Made by a program: the position numbers and the translations under genes
Notes under the pieces: generated by a model
Database searches by the model: none
Seen by the model: the letters and a program-made list of their open reading frames with translations, nothing else
What the model was told of the DNA's origin: nothing
Assembly (NCBI GenBank): GCA_964016885.1
Contig: OZ024741.1
Coordinates: forward strand, 184,760,001-184,824,000
Source: Eledone cirrhosa
Taxonomy: Eukaryota
Length of the DNA: 64,000 nt
Reading direction: 5' to 3'
Shown: positions 29,218-42,654 of the stretch, piece by piece
Layout of the letters: each line of letters opens with the position of its first letter
Numbering within the stretch: the stretch's first letter is position 1

Positions 29218-30735
29218 AATGATAAAATCGAAAATGCAACTGGAGTCTTATTTTAAAAAAATATATATATTTATTTGGTTCCTTTACCGGTTCGCAGTTC
29301 TTCTGCTTTTCAAAAGTAGAGTTGAGATGGAGGGTCTGTGGGTTTTTTCACATCTGGTTGGTCTCTGAATGTTACTTGTCTTATATGGAAAAAGTGGCTT
29401 GAAATGCCAGGTTTTTCGAGAAGTAATTTGATTGGTTGGTCAAAAATTATAATAAATTTCGCGCCAGTTCGCGCGTTACGTTACAAAGTTCGTCAAACAA
29501 GTGTGTGTGTGTGGGGGGGGGGGGGGGGGTCACAGGTTGTTTTTTCAAATATAAGTGTTTGAATTTCTTTTTACTTAAAAAAAGCGGGGGGGGGGGGGGG
29601 GGCTCACGAAGGCTTTTTTTTAATAAACGTAATTTGATTGGTTATAAATTAAATTATGGCTGTCACGTGAACAAGTTTTCATTAAATTTTCGCGCCCTTA
29701 TTTGGAAATCCATTCTGTAGCCTTTTAAGAGAATTTTATGATAAGTAAAAGATAATGGTCAAGAGAAATTGAATGGGAGAATTGTTCTGGTTCAGTGAAT
29801 ATGGTTAGTTCACTGGGGTGTCAGAATTCAGATTTTCTTATTAGTACAGTGGGTTTGCTTAAAGGGGTACGCTTTGCTGAAAATACGTACAAAAAAAAAA
29901 AACCCGAAAAGATTGACAATATTCATATGGCAGATGTCATATTACCTACAGAGTTTACCAAAGACAATTCACTAAACATCACTCACAAAAACAACTATCA
30001 TTACCATTACTCTACCAACCATTTCGATGACTGTAAGTATCAAATCAACCATGACGATAAAATATCAATCCTACCGTTATCGCACACACCAAAAATACCA
30101 ACGAATACCACGATCGTTCCCACCAACACCACCATTACCACAACCACACCACCACCACAACTGCTTTAACTGATAAGACCCCGTAAACAACCATCACCAC
30201 CAATATCTCAAATACCATCCACCATAGAGTCACTAATCCTACCGTCTCCACCGCCATGATCAACATTATCCATTCACTAATACCACCGCAACCAAAGCGA
30301 TCAATATCAGCAAAACGTGCTACATTATCCACACCCCGTCCCTATCTACAACAATATAAAAACAGGCATAGCAAACCCACCACCTCAACCACAAACACCC
30401 GCATGAGTTACATTGAAACGACGACAAAAATTGCCTCAAATATAAAACAGCACCAAAATGGAAAATTATTTCCCGAAAACAAAAAAAATATATCAACCGC
30501 GCCAATTCTAACCTAACCCAATACACACACAAAAATAAACACTACAAATAATTGTAACAAATAGATAAATATAAAATACCCATGTGGAATGGGAAATAAT
30601 AGATATATGACTTTCTAATGGCCCCTGGACAGGCATCTAAGACTATAAATAAGATACAGAGGGTGAGCATAATCAGATTCACACTTGTTTTATGGTCGCT
30701 ATGTCCATTGTTGATATATATATATACGCACGCAA

Positions 30736-30863
<128 letters not shown>

Positions 30864-31280
30864 GTATATATATACATATATATATATTTATTTATAAATT
30901 TTGCTGTTATTTTGCATGCTGAAATGTTCACATTATCATTGACTAATGATGTACGCGTGATGCATGCATGAATGTATTTATCCCTATGTGTGTGTGTGTG
31001 GTTTGCATATACCGACACTGCACACACAAACAAACGCATATGTGTCGATAAATACACACACATACACACACACACACGCATATATATATATATATATATA
31101 TTCACACAAACATTAACACACGAACACACCTATAAATGTATAAATGCACATATGCATTTATATATATATATATATACGTATATATATATATATATATACA
31201 TACATATATACACATATATAAATATTTACATATACACGTTTATATATATATATATATATAAACGTGTATATGTAAATATT

Positions 31281-31350
<70 letters not shown>

Positions 31351-31385
31351 CATATATATACATATATAAATATTTACATATACAC

Positions 31386-31423
<38 letters not shown>

Positions 31424-31509
31424 GTGTATATGTAAATATTTATATATATATATATGTATATATATATATACATATATATATATACATATATAAATATTTA
31501 CATATACAC

Positions 31510-31562
<53 letters not shown>

Positions 31563-31699
31563 TATCTATCTATCTACTTATCATCCGTGTGGCTTAATAT
31601 ATAACCTGTAACTCCAATAATGACGGGAGCGAAGCAGAACGTGTATCTTGGATACTGGATCTAAAAACTACTCATCTATGATCCGTAGATAACCTTGTC

Positions 31700-32400
31700 A
31701 TGCATTTTTCTTACCACATGTACATCCACTGTGCAGCTGATTTCTATGTTTTAATGTGTTATCCCAGATAACAATTTTTGAGGGGTTGGGCCTTAATTTG
31801 GTTGCAGTTTTTATTTTTAAATTCCACCAGGTTTCCTTTGAGCAACCAGTCTCAAAATATTTCTCCCAGTTTGATCTTACTTTCATCTTCTATAACGTAT
31901 TGCAAGCCTAATGGGAGGTGGGGTTGATAAGGACAACGTATTCTTTTGCAGTTGGCAATGATGTTGCTATCATCATTAATCTTTGTTTTGCACAGCCTAC
32001 ACTTATTGTCAACTGATGGACTTCCTCATTTATGTTGTAGGTACTCGGTGGGGGCTTCTTGTTTCTGGATTGGATGGAGATATCCTTGAAAGTGGGATGT
32101 TATAGACATCATGGAACTCCATACTTTTAGCATGGTTTATACCTTTTATCGTCTGTATTGTTTTTTTTTGTTCTTAAATATCCACGTACAACCTCTTCAG
32201 CGAATTGGTTCAATTTTAAAAATTCTGGTCAAAGATTGAGCAGAGGCTTCCAATACTTTTGGGTTAAAGATTTGTATCAAGTTTTATTTCATGCCTCTCC
32301 TCTAGATCAGTGGCTATCTTAACAATATTCTCATTTTGATGCTCATATACCTGGGCAAGATGGCTGCGGACCTTTTTCTTTTGTTTAAGGTTTTGCTTCA
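31700..32400 (-). mobile_element. Old R4/Dong-type RLE LINE 3' fragment
   Basis: YLQHK..DNKCRLCKTK...IIANC and WWNLKIKTATKL...IVIWD match 42045-42551 and 45900-46250. Confidence 0.75.
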
Positions 32401-32444
32401 GTTTTATTAAACAAAATTAAAATACATTCGGCAGTTAACATAGA

Positions 32445-32621
32445 TAATTGTTTCTACTTTAGGCACAAGGCCAGCAATTACCCAGTGCATTACTGGTACT
32501 TTATTTTATCGACCCCGTAAGGATGAAAGGCAAAGTCAACCTCGGCGGGATTTGAACTCAGATCGTAAAGGGACGTAACTATGCTGGAAAGCATGGCGTC
32601 CGACCCTCTACCGATACTGCC
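32445..32621 (-). mobile_element. tRNA-derived SINE, family A (left arm of an inverted duplication)
   Basis: Near-identical reverse complement of 33081-33260, flanks included. Confidence 0.9.
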
Positions 32622-33080
32622 AGATAATGCAAGAAGATAGTTTGTTAGTCAGATGTAGTAGTTAGTGTATTCTATAACATTGGATTAAACAACACTGAGC
32701 CGCAATAAGCTAAAATAATTTAATGTTATGCATCAAACATCTAATACATAATCATCATTAATTATGTGATGGATGTATAAACTATATATTACTTTTCCTG
32801 AATGTGAAAATGGTGGTGGATACGAAAACCATAACTTTCTTTTGCTCTTCCTTTTTATTTTGATTTTTCTGCACACATACATTTTATTATATACAAAAAA
32901 TATCTTACCACTACAACCTCCATAATACTATTACTTACCCGCTTAAAGTGCTTGTATTACATGTAACACCCTGCCACACAATAATCATATATAAATAAGA
33001 CACATGTGCATGCTCCACGTGTAACTAATGCATACACTGACTAATACATCTGACTAACAAACTATCCTCTTGCATTATCT

Positions 33081-33260
33081 ATTGGCAGTATCGGTAGAGG
33101 GTCGGACGCCATGCTTTCCAGCATAGTTACGTCCCTTTACGATCTGAGTTCAAATCCCGCCGAGGTTGACTTTGCCTTTCATCCTTACGGGGTCGATAAA
33201 ATAAAGTATCAGTAATGCACTGGGTAATTGCTAGCCTTGTGCCTAAAGTAGAAACAATTA
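33081..33260 (+). mobile_element. tRNA-derived SINE, family A (right arm)
   Basis: Family A sequence flanked by ATTATCTAT repeats. Confidence 0.9.
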
Positions 33261-33672
33261 TCTATATTAACTGCCGAATGTATTTTAATTTTGTTTTAAT
33301 TTTGTTTTAATTTTAATTTTGATTTTGATTTTGAATTTGAATTGCTATACAGAAATAATATAATATAATATATGTCACTCCATTGTACATCAATATATAC
33401 ATATGTATCTGTATGTCTCTTGCGTTGGAAAGGAGGTCAATTATGTGTACCAACATTGAAAAATGCTCCGAAGACTCCAAGCCTAGGTTTGTATGAAACA
33501 ATTGTAAGTGAATAAATGGTTTGAACATAGCTTTGATTCTTGTGAATTCTATATATGTATATATGTATACACACACACACCCACATACATATCTATCTCT
33601 CTCTCTATATATATATATTTATTTATATGTATAAATGTATATATGTATACATACATACACACACATATATGT

Positions 33673-33699
<27 letters not shown>

Positions 33700-33703
<4 letters not shown>

Positions 33704-34182
33704 ATTGAATAAATAAGAGAGATGAACACTAATATAAGCATACATGTGTTCGAATCGTAAGGACCAAATTTGCTAGGGTGAAAAAATACTAACTACTGCA
33801 ATATGGTTTGTTATCCTTAACTTTAAATATTAAATTAAGAAAAATGAAAAAAAAATAACAGAGCTATATTGAGCAAAACGCCTGGTAACAACTAGACAGT
33901 ATTGGAGACTGTTTCGCAACGACTTATTAAGTGAAATTCTCACGTTTCTATGCTCCTCAGTAGTTGTTGAGAAATTAGTAATACTTTCACTTCTAAAAAT
34001 ATTAGAGAATGAAGTGTGTACTTTATGAATTATCGCACGTGTCTGATCCTTACGATTCGACACATGTATGTTTATATTAGTATTCATCTCTCTTGTTTAT
34101 TCAATTATATTGTACAGCTCGGAAAATCTTTTTTCTTAGAGCTATTTAATTGTAAGAGACTACTCTGAGTTCTTAACTCAAT
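33700..34182. mobile_element. Non-coding fold-back PLE relic with hammerhead and right-hand tail
   Basis: Arms ~33700-33765 / 34043-34110, tail 34111-34182, (TA)n on both sides. Confidence 0.82.
33887..33968 (-). ncRNA. Type I hammerhead ribozyme
   Basis: AACAACTA-CTGAGGA-GCA...TGC-GAAA-CAGT CTCCAAT ACTG-TC-TAGTTGTT; 8 bp perfect stem I. Confidence 0.9.
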
Positions 34183-34909
34183 ATATATATATATATATAC
34201 ATACATATATAAATATATATATATGTATATGAGTGTGTATTCAAATCAGAGGACGCACAGGACAAAGACAATGGAACCAAAAAAAGGAAAGACGGATAGT
34301 CCTATTTCCTCAGTCAACATCTGGAAATCACTTGGCTTTCGGTTCATTGAAGGTGATACCAGTTGATTCCAGTTCATTCCTGTACACATTGGGACATAAC
34401 AAAGCAGGTAGATTACACAAATATAGAGTGCGAAAGGAAAAAATATAGAAAGGAGAGAAATTGTAAAACAGAAGACCGTGACAAGGACTGTAGTCAAACG
34501 TGCAGATAAAGATGGACAAGGAGACTTAGAAAAGGTAAGAAATGAGAATAAAGGAAAACAGGCTGGCTGGTGTGGTGTCTATTGCATGATAGTTTAAAAA
34601 AGACCCCGCATGACTAAGTCTTTAGAATATAAATTCAAAATAGGTCCGTGAGGATGTATTTGCAGTTGAACTACGAAATATAATATATACGACAATCATC
34701 AGATAACGTCTGCATATTCTTGATTTCATCTTGACGTAAAAGAAATGGCATTGTGTGCAATAATTCTTCATTAATTAACTGAATGCACTGCCTGTTCATA
34801 TTGTTAGATTTTTATACATTTAATTATATTTTAAAGTTTCATTTGCATATAGATTATTTATTTAATTCTCAGCTCTTATTTTTCTGAAATCTAGATTTCA
34901 TGTCATGAA

Positions 34910-34943
<34 letters not shown>

Positions 34944-34952
34944 ATGTGGGTG

Positions 34953-35074
<122 letters not shown>

Positions 35075-35075
35075 T

Positions 35076-35126
<51 letters not shown>

Positions 35127-35467
35127 AACACACCCATGAAAAAAATAAAAAAATACGATGAATTCAGGATTTGCGACAAGGGCGATAAATCAAAACGCGA
35201 TGCGACAGGGTAGATAAATATAATTAACCAAAAATAATTTAAAAAATAGTAAAGTAGAAGAAAATGAAATGGAAACAAAAGACTCAGGACGATGGGATAA
35301 ATAATTATTATGGGTTCAGATAGGCGGCGGTAAAATTTGAGAACTTTTATTTATTTATTTATTTATTTCAGTCAAGCAATCGATTGTGTACATGTGCATA
35401 TCTGCAAATTATAGATAGCCATAGACTGCCCCCCCCCCCCCACCTCTATGTATGCATATATATATAT

Positions 35468-35550
<83 letters not shown>

Positions 35551-35690
35551 CGTATGTATGTATGTATGTATGTATGTTCTATGTATGTGTGCGTGTGTGT
35601 GTGTGAGTTTCGTCCATTCAAATCATATGGAACCAATCCGTTTTTAGGTCGGAACACAGAGAGAGAGAGAGTGAGTGAGAGAGAGAGAGA

Positions 35691-35768
<78 letters not shown>

Positions 35769-36380
35769 AAGAGAGAGAAGATTGTCCTAGTATTGAACTG
35801 GTGTTTATTTATCAGTCTTCAAAGGAGTAAAGGCAACTGTGACCTCAGTCAGATTTGAAATCGCAGCGCAGAGAGCCGGAATGAATACTTTGAAGGATTC
35901 TAAGTGACAAAGCCAATTCGCCTTCTTTCCCCACTTATTCCTAGAAGGGCTATTGGGAGTCCCCAAGCATGATTTCCAGCGGATGATTTGAGAAGTAGCC
36001 ATGTCCAATTAATCCATTTGGCACCCAAACCAACGGAACTCATAGATGTTGTCCAATCAGTTTGCAAGGGGTCTCTGAATTCGGAGAAGTAGCTGCTCTG
36101 CTTAGAGCGACTCTCTGGACTCTGAGCTACAAATGCTATCGAGTAACGCTACTCCCAATCGCTTTTCGAAGGATCTCCATTTCGGCTGCTTTTATTACTT
36201 CAGTGATGACTATAGATAAGGGTTGGCAGAAATAGCACATTGAAGATATCGAGTATGGTTTTTACACCTACCTACCTTCTTCTGATGACCGAATGCTAAA
36301 CCTTGCGCATTACCGCATCAGTTCCTGCAATTCCTATATCGGTACAATTATTTCCCCTCATCTCTCTGTATATATATATA

Positions 36381-36787
36381 TGGTGGCTGCCAACTCGTTT
36401 TCGAGTACGGCCACTACTTTATATCCATGTAGGAGAACCCCTACAGATGCGCTGAACGAGTGTGACTTTTTAGTCCAGCCAGCTACTTTAAAATTCTGGT
36501 ACAAACACTACACTTGTGACAATTATTGACACATAGTGCTGGGCCCATGGTACCATGTGACGATAAGTGCAGCGAGATCTCCAGATATAAAGCAATGCCT
36601 GTGCCGTGAAGCTTTTACAGTGAGCAAAGGCACTGCACAAAGCCAGTCCCACTCTCTTGACCAAGAATATATTTACCAAAAAGAAGAACAAGTCAACATC
36701 ATTGGATACCATCAGGGTTGCAGGTATTATATCAGTTTTCCTTCTCCTAGAATTCTGCCTTGACAAAGGCTAAGGGGTCATCTCTCT
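36381..36787 (-). mobile_element. Partial copy of the putative solo LTR at 41391-41972
   Basis: Reverse complement of ~41565-41972 with the same ...GCAGCCACCA end next to (TA)n. Confidence 0.75.
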
Positions 36788-36790
36788 CGG

Positions 36791-36821
<31 letters not shown>

Positions 36822-36823
36822 CG

Positions 36824-36860
<37 letters not shown>

Positions 36861-36879
36861 GTATCACTCTCTCTCTCAC

Positions 36880-36933
<54 letters not shown>

Positions 36934-36934
<1 letters not shown>

Positions 36935-37349
36935 TGTTATACTTTGGGAGGGTCATATTGCGAAGAAAAACACACGGACATGTTGGTTTTCACTTCAATT
37001 TATTATAAATTTCCAGCTGGTTGGCCGGCTCGATAACCGGAAGGTTGTTCATATAACGTCAAAGCTCTCTCGTCACACATTCTGTGACCCCCCCCCCCCC
37101 TTTCCTTCAGTGACCAGGTCCCCATTTTGGTGGGTTTGCAGATTGTGTGACGAGGGTGCTTTTGACAATATATGAACAACCTTCCGGTTATCGAGCCGGC
37201 TAACCAACTGGAAACTTATAATAAATTGAAGTGAAAACAAACAGGTGCATGTGTTTTTATTGGCAGCATGACCCTCCCAAAGTATAACAATATCTGTTTC
37301 AACACACATTTTCAGATAAGAAATCTCGCAAAACAAATTCAAAACGAAT

Positions 37350-37350
<1 letters not shown>
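36934..37350. mobile_element. Miniature fold-back relative of the 8621-12628 PLE (pLTR ends and tail only)
   Basis: TGTTATACTTTGGGAGGGTCAT start and ATGACCCTCCCAAAGTATAACAAT + tail as in the large element; degenerate hammerhead 37058-37114 (-). Confidence 0.88.
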
Positions 37351-37404
<54 letters not shown>

Positions 37405-37405
37405 G

Positions 37406-37450
<45 letters not shown>

Positions 37451-39578
37451 CTATGGGGAAACAAACAGAAGCTTTGTAACTCTCGCTTACTGTAAACGTT
37501 AAATATTTCTCTTAATATGTTACAAATTATTTGTATAAAATAAACTAACGTGGTGAAGGTATAGAATACACATAAGTGAGAGTAACGGTTACATTGCGTA
37601 GTAAGAATTGAGAATTGGAAACAGTTTTGTACTGATAGACAAGTGAATTCGTTAATATACAGTGATTAAATCTTAATTTTATTATATAATATATAAATTG
37701 GTATTATGGTAGAAATTGGTATTATGGTAGAAAAGTGTAATACGTTATGAATGCAATGACATGAGAGATTATATAGGTCCAGTTAAAGTTAAGTGAATTT
37801 GGTCGCTATGCTGTCTGGTTGATAACATTTAGGGCATCACACTTAAAATGTCTAATCAATTGTCAAAAATGATATCAAAATGTACCAAACGAACAGTACC
37901 AAAGGATTCTAGACGATTTGAAGGATCCAATTGTTCGAGCAGTCGACCCATGAAAGAGATGATGAGTGCATTGCAAACGAGCGGAAAAAGTTTGGTTCAA
38001 ACACTGAATATATCCCACTGGAATAAAGAAAGGAGAGAAATCATAACCAAAGAAAATCGCCATATTGAAAAAGAACGATGTGCCATTCGGTCAGTTTGTA
38101 CAGAAGGCCGATATTCGTGGAGAGCATAGGAGACATCAGAGCATAGAGGCTAGTGTGGAACAGACTATCTAAAATGGGATCAGCTTCGTTGCAATTCATC
38201 CCAGAATTGATGCATTATGTGCTCCCATTTTCATTCCCAACCCATATTAGACAGTGGTACTGATGTGACATTTCTAATTATTCTCAGTGCAGAGCTTATG
38301 TTTCTACGGAACATGTTCTGGTAGCATGTTCATCATCCCTTTCCTAATATATTTAGCAGCACAACCAAGTCCTGAGTGCTTTGACTAACTCACTAAATAA
38401 ATGACTGCAGCCGTGTTAATACCAGTAACACGAAAAAAATGTTTACCCTGCTGTTTTCCACAAATAGGTTGAGACAGGACAACGCGGGATGGTAAAGTAA
38501 GATCAATATCCAAACTTCCACATGCTGATAATGCTTTAAAAAATGGTTGTATTTCCTATCTGTAATGTATAATGATGAGTAAACCTTGATCATCAGGCAT
38601 GGTCTAGACTCTAGAGAACATAGAGACGAGCGTAGAGAGATGATGCAAAAATTAGAGAAGGAAGCAGAAATATTTATGGATATAGCAGAAGCATTTAAAA
38701 GAAAGACTTATATTAAGACAAAAAAAAAATGGGTTGCAAGGGTTATAGTGGTGCCCAGGTCGCCATGAGGGATGTATGAATAACACAAAACCCCCTGGAA
38801 AATGTGTAGTGGGCCACAATAATCCGGGAATTCCGTGGTAACATTGATGTTGTTTAGCACCGATGGAGGGATCGATATTGTAGGGATGTTCCAAAATCTT
38901 TGAAATCTCCAATGGCGAGTTGATGAAAGTAATGTCGTATATGACAAACATTTCTAGAATATATACATACGTACATACACACTTTTGTTATAAAGTCTTC
39001 TGCAATTTTAAATGCTAAATGTTAAATTTTATAACATTTTAAATGTTACATATTCAATTATTTATAACCAATTAAATGTTATATGTTAAAGTTTTATAAC
39101 TTTATTTCTATATATGATAGATATAATCTGTAAAATACAATTAGAATCTAGATGCATCAATTTTATTGCTATGAAAAAGGTTATATTTTTATATGAATTA
39201 AAAAAAAAATAGATACATCAACTTTATTTTATGGGGTCATGTAACGAACAGAGATTATTCAACTACATTCCGTATTATTAATGGCTTACTGGTTCGGGTA
39301 ACTAATGTGATACGGCATATAACTGTTAATCATCAGCAGACGGGATCTTTAGAACATCAGAACGACGTCACGAATTGTATATTTGAACATGGTGGATATG
39401 TTAAAAATTAATAATATATCTATTTGAAACAGTAACACATTCTTTCACTTATCCTTTTCGCATATTAATTATAAAACTACAGTTATGCAAATATAAATAT
39501 GTACAAGGAATTTATCATCATATGTATATATATATATATATATATACGCACACATATATATATGTATATGTATACATA

Positions 39579-39695
<117 letters not shown>

Positions 39696-40735
39696 GTGTA
39701 TGTGTGTGTGTGAGTGAGTGTGTGTATAATTCATATATATAAGAGGAATAAAGGGAGAAATTGGTTGAAGAAATAGGGATAAAAGTGTGAAATAAAAGAG
39801 AGATGCGTGGGTTGTGTGTTTGTGCATAATTAAAGAAATTCCAACGACACATTTTGATTCGCCGTTGTAATATTATACGATGTGGCAATACTGAAACGAA
39901 ATTTATGTTTCACGAATATTCTTATTGACCCTACTGAATTAAATATTAAAATAAAAGATGGAAAACACAGAAACCAAGCGACAGCAACGACAAAAACGAG
40001 AGCTATACAAAAGCAATATTTAGAAAAACCTATGAGAGAATCCCATAAATAACTAGTGGGGAACCATATAAATTCCGTATTCATATTGCAGAATATAATT
40101 TATATTATATTACATATTGACATAAAATAGTAATAAATTTCCAAAGCTAATAGAAATAACACTGTTATTAAATTTGATATAATTATATTATAATGGAATA
40201 ATGGTATAATGATGTAGTTCTGGGGGTGAGAAATAATATATATATATATAATATAATATATATATATGTATATATGTATGTATATATGTATGATGCGTAT
40301 GTATGTGTATATATAATATATATGTGTATGTACATATATAATATATATATATATATACATCTATATATATATATATATAAATGTATATATACATACATAT
40401 ATATATATATGTATGTATATATGAATGTATGATGCGTATGTATGTGGATATATATTATATATATATATGTGTGTGTGTGTACATATATAATATATATATG
40501 TATATATATATACATGTATATATATATATAAATGTATATATATACGTATATATATGCATATACATATATATATATATATATACATACATATATGCATATA
40601 CATATATGAATAAATGCATATACATATATATATATACATATATATATATGTATATGCATATATGTATATGCATATATGTATATGTATATATATATATATA
40701 TGTATATGCATATATATACGTATATATATATATAC

Positions 40736-40771
<36 letters not shown>

Positions 40772-40811
40772 TATATATACACATACATACGCATCATACA
40801 TTCATATATCC

Positions 40812-40872
<61 letters not shown>

Positions 40873-41074
40873 TATAGATATATATATATATATATGTGTG
40901 TGTGTATGTCCTATCTATGTATCAAAAATGAGACATAATGTTATATACACCCACCATCAAATATATGTAACATCAGCATGAACAACCTCAATAACAACAA
41001 GAAAAACTTATATATACAAATATCCTAACACAATGACACTTTTAATTTAACGCATTTATGTGTATGTATGTATG

Positions 41075-41258
41075 TTATCGCTTTCTCTTAATTTCGAGTA
41101 CATTTATTTGACCGGCCACCTTCTTGGTGGCAAGGTTGTAAAAGAAAAGAAATTGTCATCCCTTGAATCGCAAGAATGTTTTGCAAATTTTGAAGGTGCC
41201 AGCTATCGCAGCCATCTGTAGATTATGAATTAGGGAGCTGCGCTCTTTGTCCGCAAAA
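41075..41258 (-). mobile_element. R4/Dong-type family 2, short 3' end
   Basis: [33 protein letters not shown] plus 3' UTR; in (TATG)n. Confidence 0.85.
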
Positions 41259-41390
41259 TATGTATGTACGTGTGTATGTATGTATGTGTGTATGTATAAA
41301 TGTATGTAGTACATACATACATACGTACATACTATGTACGTATGTACGTATGTACGTATGTATGTATGTATGTATCTATGTATGTACATA

Positions 41391-41972
41391 TGTCAGGTCA
41401 CCAGTTGGTGCTACTGGTAACATGTATCCCAGTACAACCTGTCTCATGGTCGGGTCGTTGGCGACTAAACTGGCAACCCCACCAACGTTTCTTGGTGACT
41501 AAAAACAAAACCTGTCAAAGGGCAAAGGAGCTCTTAAGCGTCAATGGCCATCCAAAATCACTGGGAGAGATGACCCCTTAGCCTTTGTCAAGGCAGAATT
41601 CTATGAGAAGGAAAACTCTGATATAACACCTGCAACTCTGATGGTATCCAATGATGTTGACTTGTTCTTCTTTTTGGTAAATATCATCTTGGTTAAGAGA
41701 GTGGGACTGGCTTTGTGCAGTGCCTTTACTCACTATAAAAGCTTCACAGCACAGGCATTTCTTTATATCTGGAGATCTCTCTGCACTTGTCATCACATGG
41801 TACCATGGGCCGAGCACTATGTGTCAATAATTGTCACAAGTGTAGTGTTTGTACCAGAGTTTTCAAGTCGCTGGCTGGATTAAAAAGTCACACTTGTACA
41901 GCGCATCGGTAGGGGTTCTCCTACATGGATATAAAGTAGTGGCCGTACTCGAAAACGAGTTGGCAGCCACCA
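41391..41972 (+). mobile_element. Putative solo LTR (~580 bp)
   Basis: TG...CA termini, TATAAAA at ~41734, ATTAAA at ~41879, no coding signal; the same right end recurs at 36381 and 47361. Confidence 0.65.
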
Positions 41973-42044
41973 TATATGTATGTATATATGAAGTATGTAT
42001 ATATGTATGTATGTATATATGCATAATATATATGTATAATTAAA

Positions 42045-42551
42045 AACAAACGAGGAAGAATATATTGAGACAGATGGCACTAAGGAATACTGGTGGAACC
42101 TGAAAATAAAAACTGCCACCAAATTAATGCACAACCGGCCTGATATTGTTGTTTGGGACCACACATTGAAAACGTGTTCTGTTGTGTAGATCAGCTGCCC
42201 ACTTGATGTAAACGTTGTCAGAAAAATACAGAAGGAGGACATCTACAGACCATTGATGAGGAGTTTACAAATCCAGTATCCAAGATACACCTTTAGCTTC
42301 ATACCCATCATTATTGGAGCTACGGGTTATATACCAACCCGCTTGGACCAAAGTATAACTGAACTTGGATTTGCGGACAAAGAGCGCAGCTCCCTAATTC
42401 ATAGTCTACAAATGGCTGCGATAGCTGGCACCTTCAAAATTTGCAAAACATTCTTGCGATTCAAGGGATGACAATTTCTTTTTCTTTTACAACCTTGCCA
42501 CGAGGAAGGTGGCCGGTCAAAAATATACTCGAAATTAAGAGAAAGAGAGAA
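42045..42551 (+). mobile_element. R4/Dong-type family 2, 3' fragment (RLE domain)
   Basis: EYWWNLKIKTATKLMHNRPDIVVWD...FIPIIIGATG...KICKTF; ends in (CATA)n. Confidence 0.88.
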
Positions 42552-42654
42552 CATACGTACATACATACATACATACATACATACACACATACATACATAC
42601 ATACATACATACATACATACATACATACATACATACATACATACATGCATACAT

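Noticed and set aside
38586-38951. DYCGP motif suggesting an LTR integrase
   Set aside because: Isolated five-residue match with no other integrase motifs
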